A stretch of DNA of 64,000 nt, taken from the NCBI GenBank assembly GCA_963815115.1, contig CAWFFN010000005.1:384001-448000 (forward strand), in the 5' to 3' direction. Positions 47,518 through 58,900 of the stretch are shown in pieces. Every line of letters starts with the position of its first letter. Positions within the stretch are counted from its first letter, which is position 1. Made by a program: the position numbers and the translations under genes. The notes beneath the pieces are model-generated. The model was not told the origin of the DNA. It ran no database searches and was given only the letters and a program-made list of their open reading frames with translations. The stretch is from an uncultured delta proteobacterium. Its GTDB lineage: Bacteria; Desulfobacterota; Binatia; DP-6.

Positions 47518-50500
47518 ATGCTCGATCGCCTCGTCAGCTTCTCGCTGCGCAACCGCGCCGCGGTCATCGCCTTCACCCTGATCGTCGCGGTCTGGGGCTG
47601 GGTCTCGTTCCGCGCCCTCACCATCGAGGCCTTCCCCGATCCGACCGATACCCAGGTGAACGTGATCACCGTCTTCCCGGGGCAGCCCTCCGAGGAGGTC
47701 GAGCGCCAGATCGGGCTCCCGGTCGAGCGCGCGCTGAACGGCACCCCCGGTCTGGCGACCCTGCGCAATCTCTCGCTGTTCGGTCTGTCGTCGGTGACGC
47801 TCACGTTCAACGACGGCGTCGACGGACAGTGGGCGCGCCAGCAGGTGCTCGAGCGGCTGCGCGACGCCGACCTGCCCGACGGCGTGACGCCCGAGCTCGG
47901 GCCCTTCGCCACCCCGATCGGCGAGGTCTACCGCTACACGCTGCGCGGGGCCAAGGGCGATCCGATGGAGCTGCGCACCCTCCAGGACTGGGTGGTGCGT
48001 CCGGCGCTGATGCGGGTGAACGGCGTCGCCGACGTCGTCAGCTACGGCGGGCTGGTGCGCGAGATCCACGTCATGCCCGACCCGCTCAAGCTCGCGGGCT
48101 ACGGGCTCACGCTGGCCGACCTCGAGCAGGCGATCAAGGAGGGCTCGGTCAACGCCAGCGGCGGGGTGCTCGAGCGCGGCGCGGAGCAGTTCGTCATTCG
48201 CAGCCAGGGGCTCTTCCAGTCGCTCGACGACCTGCGCGCCGTGCGCGTCGCCACCAACGACGGCACGCCGGTGCTGCTGCAGGACGTCGCCAGCGTGGAC
48301 GAGGGCTGGGCGCCCCGCCAGGGCGTGGTGAGCCGCGGCACCGGCTACGACACCGTCGAGGGCATCGTGCTCATGCGCCGCGGCGAGAACCCCTCCGCCG
48401 TGCTGGAGCGGCTGCGCGACGCCGTGCAGCAGGTGAACGTCCGCCTGGCGGACGATCAGGCGTCGATCGATCCGTTCTACGATCGCACCGATCTGGTGGG
48501 CACGACGCTGCACACCGTCGGCCACAATCTCCTCGAGGGCGGCCTCCTCGTCACGCTGGTGCTCTTCGCCTTCCTGCTCGACCTGCGCGCGGCGCTCATC
48601 GTCGCGGTGCTGATCCCGCTCTCGCTCCTGGTGTCGTTCATCTACCTGAAGCTGCGCGGCCTGTCCGCGAACCTGCTCTCCATGGGCGCCGTCGACTTCG
48701 GCGTCATCGTCGACGGCGGCGTGGTCATCATCGAGAGCATCCTGACGGCGCTCGCGAGGGAGGAGCCCGGACAGCGGCTCGAGTCCGCCCAGGACATCGA
48801 CGACCGCATCCAGCAGGCGACGCGCTCCGTCGTGCGGCCGACGGTGTTCGCGCTCCTCATCATCATCGCCGCCTACCTGCCCATCTTCATGCTCCAGCGC
48901 GTCGAGGGCCGCATCTTCGCCCCCATGGCGAACACGGTGGTGGCGGCGCTGGTGGGCGCGCTGCTGTTCTCGGTGATCCTGGTCCCGGTCCTGGCCTCGC
49001 TGGCCTATCGCAGACGGCCGCGCCACCGGGAGTCGCCGCTGCTGCGCTGGGCGTCGCGCGCCTACGAGCCGACGCTGGCCTGGGCGCTCGGACACCCCTG
49101 GCTGACGCTCGGCGGCGCGGGCCTGCTGCTGCTCGGCACCGTCGCGCTCATGCCGCGTCTCGGCTCGGAGTTCCTGCCCGAGCTGAACGAGGGCGCGCTC
49201 TACGTCGACTTCACCCTGCCGTCCAACGTGTCGCTGTCGGAGGGCCGCAAGATCGTCCCGCGGCTGACGAGCATCTTCCTGGCCCAGCCGCAGGCGGACC
49301 AGATCATGTCGCAGCTCGGCCGCCCCGAGGACGGGACCGACCCGAAGCTGTCCAACAACCTGGAGTTCTTCATCAGGCTCAAGCCGCCCGCGGAGTGGCC
49401 GGCCGAGACCCGCTCGATCGGCCAGGTGATCGACTCGATGTCGCGTGCGACGGCGAGCGTACCCGGAGTCGAGGTCAACTTCTCGCAGCCGATTCGCGAC
49501 AACGTGAACGAGAACATCAGCGGGCAGTTCGGGCAGGTCGCCGCCAAGATCTTCGGTGACGATCTCGACGTCATGCAGAGGCAGGCGGAGCGGGTGAAGG
49601 ACGTGATCGCCACGGTGCCCGGCGTGGCCGACCTGGCGATCGTGAAGAGCGGGGAGGTCCCGCAGATCCAGGTGAATCCCGACCGCCTGGCGCTGGCCCG
49701 CTACGGCATGGCGCTGGGCGACTTCCAGCACGCCTTCCAGAACGCGGTGGGCGGCAGTCCGGTGGCGGACTACTGGGAGGGAGAGCGGCGGTTCGACGTC
49801 GTCACCCGCTTCCCGCTGTCGGCCCGCGAGGACGTCGAGGAGCTGCGCCAGCTACGCATCCCGGTGGCGGGCGGCGTGGCCGTCCCGCTCGACGCGCTGG
49901 CGAGGATCGACCTCGGCTACGGCCGCGCCTCGATCGGCCGCGAGAACGGGCGGCGCTACATCGGCATCCGCATGAACGTGCGGGGGCGCGATCTCGGCGG
50001 CTTCGTCGAGGAGGCGCGCGCCAAGGTGGCGGCCCAGGCCCCCAACCCGGCGGGGGTGCAGATCGAGTGGGGCGGCGAGTTCGAGAACAAGGAGCGCGCC
50101 ATGGCCCGGCTGGCGGTGGTCGTGCCGGTGGCGCTGGTGATCACGCTGGTGCTGCTCTTCAAGGCGTTCGACTCCTTCTCGCTGGCGGTGCTGACGCTGC
50201 TGAACGTGCCGTTCGCGCTGCTCGGCGGGGTGATCGGGCTCTACCTGGCGGGGATGCCGATGTCGGTGGCGGCGGCGGTGGGGTTCATCGCGCTGATCGG
50301 GCAGGCGTCGCTCAACGGGGTGCTGGTGCTGTCGGCGATCGCGGAGCAGCGTGAGCGCGGGGAGCGGCTGCGGGCGGCGATCGTGGGGGGGTGCCGGCAG
50401 CGGCTGCGGCCGGTGCTGATGACGGCGTCGCTGGCGGCGCTGGGGCTGGTGCCGGCGGCGATGAGCCGGGGGATCGGGTCGGAGACGCAGCGGCCGCTGG

Positions 50501-50652
50501 CGGTGGTGATCGTGTGCGGGACGCTGTCGGCGTGCGTGCTGACGCTGGTGCTGCTGCCGGTGATGTACCAGGTGTTCGCGCGCGCGACGGCCCGGGTCCA
50601 GCCGCGGCTGCGCGCGCACCGCGTGAGATTGGTGTCGGCGTTGAGTCGATAG
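47518..50652 (+). CDS. CzcA/CusA-family heavy-metal efflux RND permease (copy 1)
   Basis: IEAFPD, GAVDFGVIVDGGVVIIE (HME TM4), RLRPVLMTA, GSETQRPLA; 1044 aa. Confidence 0.95.
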   Translation: MLDRLVSFSLRNRAAVIAFTLIVAVWGWVSFRALTIEAFPDPTDTQVNVITVFPGQPSEEVERQIGLPVERALNGTPGLATLRNLSLFGLSSVTLTFNDGVDGQWARQQVLERLRDADLPDGVTPELGPFATPIGEVYRYTLRGAKGDPMELRTLQDWVVRPALMRVNGVADVVSYGGLVREIHVMPDPLKLAGYGLTLADLEQAIKEGSVNASGGVLERGAEQFVIRSQGLFQSLDDLRAVRVATNDGTPVLLQDVASVDEGWAPRQGVVSRGTGYDTVEGIVLMRRGENPSAVLERLRDAVQQVNVRLADDQASIDPFYDRTDLVGTTLHTVGHNLLEGGLLVTLVLFAFLLDLRAALIVAVLIPLSLLVSFIYLKLRGLSANLLSMGAVDFGVIVDGGVVIIESILTALAREEPGQRLESAQDIDDRIQQATRSVVRPTVFALLIIIAAYLPIFMLQRVEGRIFAPMANTVVAALVGALLFSVILVPVLASLAYRRRPRHRESPLLRWASRAYEPTLAWALGHPWLTLGGAGLLLLGTVALMPRLGSEFLPELNEGALYVDFTLPSNVSLSEGRKIVPRLTSIFLAQPQADQIMSQLGRPEDGTDPKLSNNLEFFIRLKPPAEWPAETRSIGQVIDSMSRATASVPGVEVNFSQPIRDNVNENISGQFGQVAAKIFGDDLDVMQRQAERVKDVIATVPGVADLAIVKSGEVPQIQVNPDRLALARYGMALGDFQHAFQNAVGGSPVADYWEGERRFDVVTRFPLSAREDVEELRQLRIPVAGGVAVPLDALARIDLGYGRASIGRENGRRYIGIRMNVRGRDLGGFVEEARAKVAAQAPNPAGVQIEWGGEFENKERAMARLAVVVPVALVITLVLLFKAFDSFSLAVLTLLNVPFALLGGVIGLYLAGMPMSVAAAVGFIALIGQASLNGVLVLSAIAEQRERGERLRAAIVGGCRQRLRPVLMTASLAALGLVPAAMSRGIGSETQRPLAVVIVCGTLSACVLTLVLLPVMYQVFARATARVQPRLRAHRVRLVSALSR

Positions 50653-53600
50653 AAGCGCGCTACGGAATCGAGAAGTGCTCGCTCAGGGGGGAGCGTGACA
50701 TGCTGGATCGGCTCGTCGGTTTCTCGCTCAGGAACCGTGCCGCGGTGCTGTTCTTCACGCTCGTGGTGGCCGCCTGGGGCTGGGTCTCGTTCCGCGCGCT
50801 GACCATCGAGGCCTTCCCGGATCCGACCGACACGCAGGTGAACGTCATCACGCTCTTCCCCGGGCAGCCCACCGAGGAGGTCGAGCGCCAGATCGGGTTG
50901 CCGATCGAGCGTGCGCTGAACGGCACGCCGGGCCTGTCGCGGCTGCGCAACCTGTCCCTCTTCGGCCTCTCCTACGTCACCCTCACCTTCAAGGATGGCG
51001 TCGAGGGGCAGTGGGCGCGCCAGCAGGTGCTCGAGCGCCTGCGCGACGCCGACCTGCCCGACGGCGTGACGCCCGAGCTCGGCCCCTTCGCCACCCCGAT
51101 CGGCGAGGTCTACCGCTACACGCTGCGCGGGGCGAAGGGCGATCCCATGAAGCTGCGCACCCTCCAGGACTGGGTGGTCCGCCCGGCCCTGATGCGAGTG
51201 GACGGCGTCGCCGACGTCGTCAGCTACGGCGGGCTGGTGCGCGAGATGCACGTGCTTCCCGATCCGCTGCGGCTCGCGACCTTCGGCCTCACCCTCGCCG
51301 ACCTCGAGCAGGCGATCAAGGCGGGCTCGGTCAACGCCAGCGGCGGCGTCCTCGAGCGGGGTGCCGAGCAGTTCGTCATCCGCAGCGAGGGACTCTTCCA
51401 GTCGCTCGACGACCTGCGCGCGGTGCGGGTCGCCACCAACGACGGCACGCCGGTCTTCCTGAAGGACGTGGCGACCGTGGAGGAGGGCTGGGCGCCGCGC
51501 CAGGGCGTGGTGAGCCGCAGCGCCGACTACGATACCGTCGAGGGCATCGTGCTCATGCGCCGCGGCGAGAATCCCTCCGCCGTCCTCGCGCTGCTCCGCG
51601 ATGCCGTGGAGCAGGTGAACGCGCGCCTCGCCGACGACGGCGCGAAGGTGCGCGCCTTCTACGATCGCACCGATCTGGTGGGCACGACGCTGCACACCGT
51701 CGGCCACAACCTCCTCGAGGGCGGCCTCCTCGTCACCCTGGTGCTCTTCGCCTTCCTGCTCGACCTGCGCGCGGCGCTCATCGTCGCGGTGCTGATCCCG
51801 CTCTCGCTCCTGGTGTCGTTCATCTACCTGCAGCTCCGCGGCCTGTCCGCGAACCTGCTCTCCATGGGGGCCGTCGACTTCGGCGTCATCGTCGACGGCG
51901 GGGTCGTGATCATCGAGAGCATCCTCACCAGGCTGTCGGCGACCGTCCCCGGGGAGCCCGCCGGTCGCTTCAATCCCGACGAGCGCATCCAGCAGGCGAC
52001 GCACGCGGTGGTGCGGCCGACGGTGTTCGCGCTCCTCATCATCATCGCCGCCTACCTCCCCATCTTCATGCTCCAGCGCGTCGAGGGCCGCATCTTCGCC
52101 CCCATGGCGAACACGGTGGTGGCGGCGCTGGTGGGCGCGCTGCTGTTCTCGGTGATCCTGGTCCCGGTCCTGGCCTCGCTGGTCTATCGCAAGCCGCTGC
52201 GCCACCGGGAGTCGCCGCTCCTGCGCTGGGCGTCGCGGACGTACGAGCCGACGCTGGCGTGGGCGCTCGGACACCCCTGGCTCACGCTCGGCGGCGCGGG
52301 CCTGCTCCTGCTCGGCACCGTCGCGCTCATGCCGCGTCTCGGCTCGGAGTTCCTGCCCGAGCTGAACGAGGGCGCGCTCTACGTCACCTTCACGCTGCCG
52401 TCCAACGTCTCGCTGTCGGAGGGCCGCAAGATGATCCCGCGGCTGACGAGCATCTTCCTGGCGCAGCCGCAGGCGGACGAGATCATGTCGCAGCTCGGCC
52501 GCCCGGAGGACGGGACGGATGCGACGCTCACCAACAACCTCGAGTTCTTCCTGAAGCTCAAGGAGCCGGCGGACTGGCCCCCGGACACGCGCTCGATCGG
52601 GGAGGTGATCGCCTCGATCTCGCAGGCCGTGGCGGTCGTTCCGGGCGTGGAGGCAAACTTCTCCCAGCCGATCCGAGACAACGTGAACGAGAACATCAGC
52701 GGCCAGTTCGGACAGATCGCCGTCAAGCTGTACGGCGACGACCTGGACGTGCTGCAGAACCAGGCCGAGCGCGTGAAGGACGTCGTCGCGACGGTGCCCG
52801 GCGTGGCCGACCTGGGAATCGTGAAGAGCGGGGAGGTGCCCCAGATCAAGGTGAAGCCGGACCGCGTGGCGCTGGCCCGTTACGGCATGGCGCTGGGCGA
52901 CTTCCAGCATGCCTTCCAGACCGCGGTGGGCGGCAGCCCGGTGGCGGACTACTGGGAGGGAGAGCGGCGCTTCGACGTCATCACGCGGCTGCCGCTGTCG
53001 ACCCGCGAGGACGTCGAGGAGCTGCGCCAGCTGCGCATCCCGGTGGCGGGCGGCGTGGCCGTCCCGCTCGATGCGCTGGCGAAGGTGGGGGTGGGATACG
53101 GGCGCGCCTCGATCAGCCGCGAGAACGGGCGGCGCTACATCGGCATCCGCATGAACGTGCGGGGGCGCGATCTCGGCGGCTTCGTCGAGGAGGCGCGCGC
53201 CAGGGTGGCGGCCCAGGCCCCCAACCCGGCCGGCGTGCAGATCGAGTGGGGCGGCGAGTTCGAGAACAAGGAGCGCGCCATGGCGCGGCTGGCGGTGGTC
53301 GTGCCGGTGGCGCTGGTGATCACGCTGGTGCTGCTCTTCAAGGCGTTCGACTCCTTCTCGCTGGCGGTGCTGACGCTGCTGAACGTGCCGTTCGCGCTGC
53401 TCGGCGGGGTGATCGGGCTCTACCTGGCGGGGATGCCGATGTCGGTGGCGGCGGCGGTGGGGTTCATCGCGCTGATCGGGCAGGCGTCGCTCAACGGGGT
53501 GCTGGTGCTGTCGGCGATCGCGGAGCAGCGTGAGCGCGGGGAGCGGCTGCGGGCGGCGATCGTGGGGGGGTGCCGGCAGCGGCTGCGGCCGGTGCTGATG

Positions 53601-53766
53601 ACGGCGTCGCTGGCGGCGCTGGGGCTGGTGCCGGCGGCGATGAGCCGGGGGATCGGGTCGGAGACGCAGCGGCCGCTGGCGGTGGTGATCGTGTGCGGGA
53701 CGCTGTCGGCGTGCGTGCTGACGCTGGTGCTGCTGCCGGTGATGTACCAGGTGTTCGCGCGCGCGA
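50107..53766 (+). repeat. Identical ~481-nt direct repeat (50107..50587 = 53286..53766) within the two RND genes
   Basis: Line-by-line comparison by eye found no mismatch over this block; offset 3179 nt. Confidence 0.85.
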
Positions 53767-53831
53767 TGGCGCGGCTGCGGCCCCGGCTGCGCCAGCAGCG
53801 CGTGCGGCTGGTGTCGGCGCTCGGGCGCTGA
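50700..53831 (+). CDS. CzcA/CusA-family heavy-metal efflux RND permease (copy 2)
   Basis: Start MLDRLVGFSL at 50700 after GGGGGAG; collinear and highly similar to copy 1; 1043 aa. Confidence 0.95.
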   Translation: MLDRLVGFSLRNRAAVLFFTLVVAAWGWVSFRALTIEAFPDPTDTQVNVITLFPGQPTEEVERQIGLPIERALNGTPGLSRLRNLSLFGLSYVTLTFKDGVEGQWARQQVLERLRDADLPDGVTPELGPFATPIGEVYRYTLRGAKGDPMKLRTLQDWVVRPALMRVDGVADVVSYGGLVREMHVLPDPLRLATFGLTLADLEQAIKAGSVNASGGVLERGAEQFVIRSEGLFQSLDDLRAVRVATNDGTPVFLKDVATVEEGWAPRQGVVSRSADYDTVEGIVLMRRGENPSAVLALLRDAVEQVNARLADDGAKVRAFYDRTDLVGTTLHTVGHNLLEGGLLVTLVLFAFLLDLRAALIVAVLIPLSLLVSFIYLQLRGLSANLLSMGAVDFGVIVDGGVVIIESILTRLSATVPGEPAGRFNPDERIQQATHAVVRPTVFALLIIIAAYLPIFMLQRVEGRIFAPMANTVVAALVGALLFSVILVPVLASLVYRKPLRHRESPLLRWASRTYEPTLAWALGHPWLTLGGAGLLLLGTVALMPRLGSEFLPELNEGALYVTFTLPSNVSLSEGRKMIPRLTSIFLAQPQADEIMSQLGRPEDGTDATLTNNLEFFLKLKEPADWPPDTRSIGEVIASISQAVAVVPGVEANFSQPIRDNVNENISGQFGQIAVKLYGDDLDVLQNQAERVKDVVATVPGVADLGIVKSGEVPQIKVKPDRVALARYGMALGDFQHAFQTAVGGSPVADYWEGERRFDVITRLPLSTREDVEELRQLRIPVAGGVAVPLDALAKVGVGYGRASISRENGRRYIGIRMNVRGRDLGGFVEEARARVAAQAPNPAGVQIEWGGEFENKERAMARLAVVVPVALVITLVLLFKAFDSFSLAVLTLLNVPFALLGGVIGLYLAGMPMSVAAAVGFIALIGQASLNGVLVLSAIAEQRERGERLRAAIVGGCRQRLRPVLMTASLAALGLVPAAMSRGIGSETQRPLAVVIVCGTLSACVLTLVLLPVMYQVFARAMARLRPRLRQQRVRLVSALGR

Positions 53832-53889
53832 GGGAACGCGGCGTCGTTTGCCTCCCGGCGCGCGTTTGCGCTAGCGACGCCGGGTGACG

Positions 53890-54990
53890 ATGGAATTCGG
53901 TCTCTTCTACGAGATTCCCGTGCCGCTTCCCTGGCACGAGCGGGCCGAGCGCGACGCGCTGCACGCCGTCGTGGCGCAGGCGGTGCGCGGCGAGCAGGTG
54001 GGGTTCACGCACTTCTGGACCGTCGAGCACCACTTCCTCGACGAGTTCTCGCACTGCTCCGCGCCCGAGGTGCTGTACGGCGCCGTGGCCGCGAAGACGA
54101 GCCGGCTGAAGATCGGCCACGGTGTCCGGCTGCTGCCCGCCCCCTACAATCACCCGCTGCGGGTCGCCGAGATGGCGGCCACGCTCGACTGCCTGTCCGA
54201 CGGACGGCTCGAGTTCGGCACCGGGCGCTCCGCGACGCGGGCCGAGCTGGAGGGGTTCGGCATCGACCCGGCCGATACCCGCGGCATGTGGGAGGAGGCG
54301 CTGGACGTCGTCGTGGGCGCGTGGACCAGCGACGTCTTCGAGTGGGACGGGCGCTACTTCAAGGTTCCGCCGCGCCGGGTTCATCCCAAGCCGCTGCAGC
54401 GGCCGCATCCGCCGCTGTGGGTCGCGTCCACCAGCCCGGACAGCCACGGGCTCGCGGGACGCAAGGGTCTCGGGCTGCTCTCCTTCACCATCGGAGTGCC
54501 CCCGGAGGAGCTCGCCGGCCGCATCCAGCTCTACCGCGACGGGCTCGCCGAGGCGAAGCCCGCTGGCAAGTTCGTCAACCCGCGCGCCGCCACGTTCACC
54601 ATGGTGCACTGTGCCGAGACCAACGAGGAGGCACGCCGCAACGCCGCCGAGTCGGTGGTCTGGTACCTGAGGAAGAGCACCGAGCTGATCGGCACGCTCG
54701 CCACCTGGCAGCACGAGCGCCAGCGCGAGCTGGGCACCTACGCCTACGCGGAGCTGCTGCGCGACCTCGACACCTCGCACATCACGTTCGACGTCCTCGA
54801 CGAGATGGGGGCGGTGATCGTCGGCGACCCGGAGCGCTGCCGCGAGCGTGTGCGCCGCTACCGCGCCGCGGGCTGCGACCAGCTCCTCTGCCTGATGAAC
54901 CCGTACCGCATCCCTGCGGACAAGGTCATGCGATCCATCGAGCTGTTCGGCGAGCACGTCATCCCGGCCTTCCGCGAGGCCGGGGCGTGA
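53890..54990 (+). CDS. LLM class flavin-dependent oxidoreductase
   Basis: MEFGLFYE, WTVEHHF, ATLDCLSDGRLEFGTGR, PKPLQRPHPPLW, SIELFGEHVIPAF. Start may be GTG 53884. Confidence 0.92.
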   Translation: MEFGLFYEIPVPLPWHERAERDALHAVVAQAVRGEQVGFTHFWTVEHHFLDEFSHCSAPEVLYGAVAAKTSRLKIGHGVRLLPAPYNHPLRVAEMAATLDCLSDGRLEFGTGRSATRAELEGFGIDPADTRGMWEEALDVVVGAWTSDVFEWDGRYFKVPPRRVHPKPLQRPHPPLWVASTSPDSHGLAGRKGLGLLSFTIGVPPEELAGRIQLYRDGLAEAKPAGKFVNPRAATFTMVHCAETNEEARRNAAESVVWYLRKSTELIGTLATWQHERQRELGTYAYAELLRDLDTSHITFDVLDEMGAVIVGDPERCRERVRRYRAAGCDQLLCLMNPYRIPADKVMRSIELFGEHVIPAFREAGA

Positions 54991-55841
54991 GCCGGCCGCC
55001 GCTCGCGCAGCTGCTGCGGCGGCTCGATCTCGATTCGCTCGCCGAGGACTGCTACCTCGGCCACACCGGACGGGGCGAGGGCCGCGTGTTCGGCGGCCTG
55101 CTCGCCGCCCAGGCGCTGGTGGCCGCGGGGCGCACCGTCGACGACGGCGTGCCGCATTCCCTCCATCTCTACTTCGTGCGCTCGGGGCGCCACGGGATGC
55201 CGATCACGTGGAGCGTGAGCCGCGTGCGCGACGGCTACTCGTTCGCGCTCCGCCACGTGATCGGCGAGCAGTCGGGGCAGGTGATCCTGACCCTGGCGGC
55301 GAGCTTCACGCGGCAGCGCGGCGGGCTCGCCCACCAGGATCCGGCCGTTGCGGTCCCCGCTCCCGACGAGCTGATCGACTGGGAGGATCTGCGGGTCCAG
55401 GTCCTCGGGCCGGGGACGATCCGCAGACCCGATGGACCGCTCGAGGTGCGCGACTGCGACCCGGCGAGCGCCGCGCCAGCGCCGGGTCGAGCCGCGCGCC
55501 GGACGCTCTGGATGCGGCCGCGCGGGGTGCTGCCCGACGCGCCCCTGCTGCATGCCGCCGTGCTCGCCTACGCCAGCGATCGCGGGCTTCTCAGCACGGC
55601 GGGGCGTCCCCACGGCCTCATGTGGGGCGTCGGTCTCGGAGCGAGCCTCGACCATGCCGTGTGGCTGCACCACCCCGTTCGCTTCGACGACTGGCTGCTC
55701 TATGCCACCACGAGCCCGGTGGCGTTCGCCGGCCGCGGGCTCGTGCACGGCGCGATCTTCCGGCGCGACGGCACCCGCGTGGCGTCGGTCGTCCAGGAGG
55801 GACTGATCCGCGTGCTGCCGCGCAGGCCCACATCCCAGTAG
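54987..55841 (+). CDS. tesB: Acyl-CoA thioesterase II
   Basis: GTGA overlap; RVFGGLLAAQAL, HSLHLYF, RVRDG, LAYASD, ASLDHAVWLH, SVVQEGL. Confidence 0.9.
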   Translation: MSRPPLAQLLRRLDLDSLAEDCYLGHTGRGEGRVFGGLLAAQALVAAGRTVDDGVPHSLHLYFVRSGRHGMPITWSVSRVRDGYSFALRHVIGEQSGQVILTLAASFTRQRGGLAHQDPAVAVPAPDELIDWEDLRVQVLGPGTIRRPDGPLEVRDCDPASAAPAPGRAARRTLWMRPRGVLPDAPLLHAAVLAYASDRGLLSTAGRPHGLMWGVGLGASLDHAVWLHHPVRFDDWLLYATTSPVAFAGRGLVHGAIFRRDGTRVASVVQEGLIRVLPRRPTSQ

Positions 55842-55911
55842 ACAAATTGCCTTGCTTGGTGCACAGAGCGCACCGGGGAGAGGGACGGGGGGACTGCGGA
55901 CGCGCGACCTG

Positions 55912-58900
55912 ATGACCGCCGGATCGACCCTTCCTGGTCAGGGGGATAGCCCGCGCCGCAGCGGGCCCGGTGGTGCGGTCGCGCTCGTCCTCGTCCTGCT
56001 GGGCGCGACGGCCGCTCACGCACAGACGGTGTCGTGCCCCTCGTCGGGGTACTGCAACCGATTCACCTCCACCACCAGCGGGGCCCTCACGTTCATCGGC
56101 AACACCCTCGGCCTGAGCAAGCGGAGCAACCAGAACAACCCCGGCACCAACGATTCGATCGGCGCCTTCACCACCACCGACAAGACCCAGGACGTGGGCA
56201 CCTATCCGAACGGAACGACGCTGACCTTCGCGCAGAACTCGTCGGCCGCCACCTTGAGCCTGCCGGCGGGAAGCACGGTGCTGTACGCCGAGCTGACCTG
56301 GGCCGGGAGCTACGCCTACGGGAACCAATTCGTCAGCGTGGCGCAGCGCAACGGTCCCGTCACGCTCGTCACCCCGAACGGCACCTTCAGCATCAGCCCC
56401 GATTCGACGTTCCAGCGCAACATCGGCACCGCGAATGGCAATGGGGACTGCATCTCGAGCGACGCATGCTTCTACGCCCGCTCGCAGAACGTCACGTCGA
56501 TGGTCCAGGCGGGAGGCAACGGCCCCTACACGGTCAGGGGCGTGCCGGGGACGGCGGCGCCCACCGAGGAATTCCTCAACTGTGCGGGCTGGACGCTGGC
56601 CGTCATCTACCGGAACTTCTCCCTGCCGGTGCGAAACCTCTCGCTGAGCATCGGCTCCGAGTTCGCGGGCAACCCGCCGGCGCAGGTGACTGGCTTCTGC
56701 ACGCCCGAGTCCGGCCCCCTCGACGGCCGGCTCGCGGTCAGCGCCATGGAGGGCGACGCCAACCGGAATGACGACCAGATGCGGTTCGGACGCACCCAGT
56801 CCCTGGGCAGCGGGGACAATCTCTCCGGCCCGAACAACCCGGCGAACAACTTCTTCGCATCGCAGATCAACGGCGACAACGGAGACCTCGTCACCAGCGG
56901 CACGTTCGGCACGCTGAACGCCAACCCCGTCACCGGCAACCTCGCGAACCCGGGGCGCCAGGGCTGGGACATTACCAACGTCGACGTCTCCTCGGAGCTG
57001 AGAAACGGACAGACCCAGGCATTCGCGCAAGGGACGAGGAACGCGTCCAACGTCTTTGCCGATCAGTACCTGATCACGGATCTCGGGCTGCAGATCAAGG
57101 TCGGCGCGCCGGCCTTCGGCTTCAACGTCAAGTCGGTCGACAAGGCGCAGGCCGTCGTCGGCGACACGCTCACCTACACCGTCAGGGCCGCCAACAGCGG
57201 CGCGATCGACGCCACCAATCTGGTGTTCACCGACGTGCCGCCGCCGGGGACGACCTTCGTCTCCGGGAGCTTCAAGAGGAACGGACTGGTTCTGCCCGGG
57301 GCCAACCCGGCTGCGGGTGTCAATCTCGGCACCGTGGCCGGCGGCGATACGGTGACCGTCGAGTTCAAGGTCCAGGTGACGTCGGTCCCGGCGAGTCCCG
57401 CAGCGGCCCAGTACGACAATGCCGCGACCTGGACCTACCAGTACGTGAGCTGCGCGGGCCAACCGACGCAGAACGGCACGTTCACCACGAACACCGTGAC
57501 GACCCGCATCGCGCGCCTCGAGCCGACGAAGTCGGTGTCCCCGATGGCCGCCGTGCCGAACCAGACCCTCACCTACACGGTCACGATCCCCAACACCGGC
57601 ACGGCCAGCGCCATGAACGTGACGCTCACCGACGCCATCCCGGCGGGCACCTCCTACGTCGCCGGCAGCACGACGCTCAACGGCGTCGCGGTGGCGGATC
57701 GCATCGGGCAGACGATGCCGTTCGCTCAGGGCGGCCCGGTGAACAGCCCGTTCGAGCCGGCCGGCCAGGTGAACGCCGGCGAAGCCGCCACCGTCCAGTT
57801 CCAGGTGAGAGTGAACGCGAGCACGACCGGGACCGTCACCAACACCGCGCTGATCGACCCGGACGGGCCCGGACCACAGCCGCCGATCAGCCGGTCGGTG
57901 GACACCCCGGTGACGCCGCAGGCGGACGTGGCGGTGACGAAGACCGGACCGGCCAAGGCCATCGCCGGCACCAACGTGGTCTTCACCATCACCGTGACCA
58001 ACCAGGGCCCGTCGAGCGCTACGAACGTCGTCCTGAACGACGCCACGCCGCAAGGCCTCACGTTCGTCTCCAACGCCGGCGATTGTATGAGCCTGTTCCC
58101 GTGCAGCTTCGGGACGCTGGCGTCGGGGGCCACCCGGACCGTCACCGCGACGTACTTCGTTCCTCCCGGCTACACGACGCCGGACCCGATCGTGAACCAG
58201 GCGACGGTGTCGAGCACGACGCCCGATCCCGCGCCCGGGAACAACACGGCGCAGGCGGCGGTCAGCCTGAACGCGCCCGTCGCGGCCCTGGCGGTGACCA
58301 AGTCGAACGGGGTCGCCACCGTGGTGGCCGGGACCACGACGACCTACACGATCACGGTGCAGAACACGGGACCGAGCGCCGTACCGGGCGTGCACGTGAC
58401 GGACCCGCTCCCGGCGGAGCTCACGAACGCGACCTGGACGTGCAGCGCGAGCGGCGGCGGGAGCTGCGCCGTGGCCAGCGGCACGGGGTCGATCGACACG
58501 ACCGTGACGCTGCCGGTGAACGCCGTCGCCACCTTCCTGCTGACGGCCACCGTGAGGCAGGACGCCACGGGTCTGCTCCACAACACGGTGACGGCGCAGA
58601 ACCCGCCGAACTTCGGTAGCCCGTCGAGCGCGACCGCCACCGACACCGACGCGATCATCGCCCAGGCGGACGTCTCGGTCACCAAGACCGGCCCCACGAC
58701 GGCCGTCGTGCCCGGCAACACGGTCGCCTACACGATCGTGGCGCAGAACAGCGGACCGTCGCCGGCGACGGGCGTCGTGGTCGACGACCCGGGGCCGCCT
58801 GGCCTCACCTTCGTCTCGAACGCCGGGGACTGCACGACGGCGTTCCCGTGCGCCCTGGGGACGCTGGCCCCCGGCGCCTCGCGCACCATCACCGCGACCT

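Noticed and set aside
49852-50619. His/Gln/Arg-rich minus-strand ORF suggesting a metal-binding peptide
   Set aside because: It is the reverse complement of GTG/CTG/GCG-rich TM codons of the RND gene.
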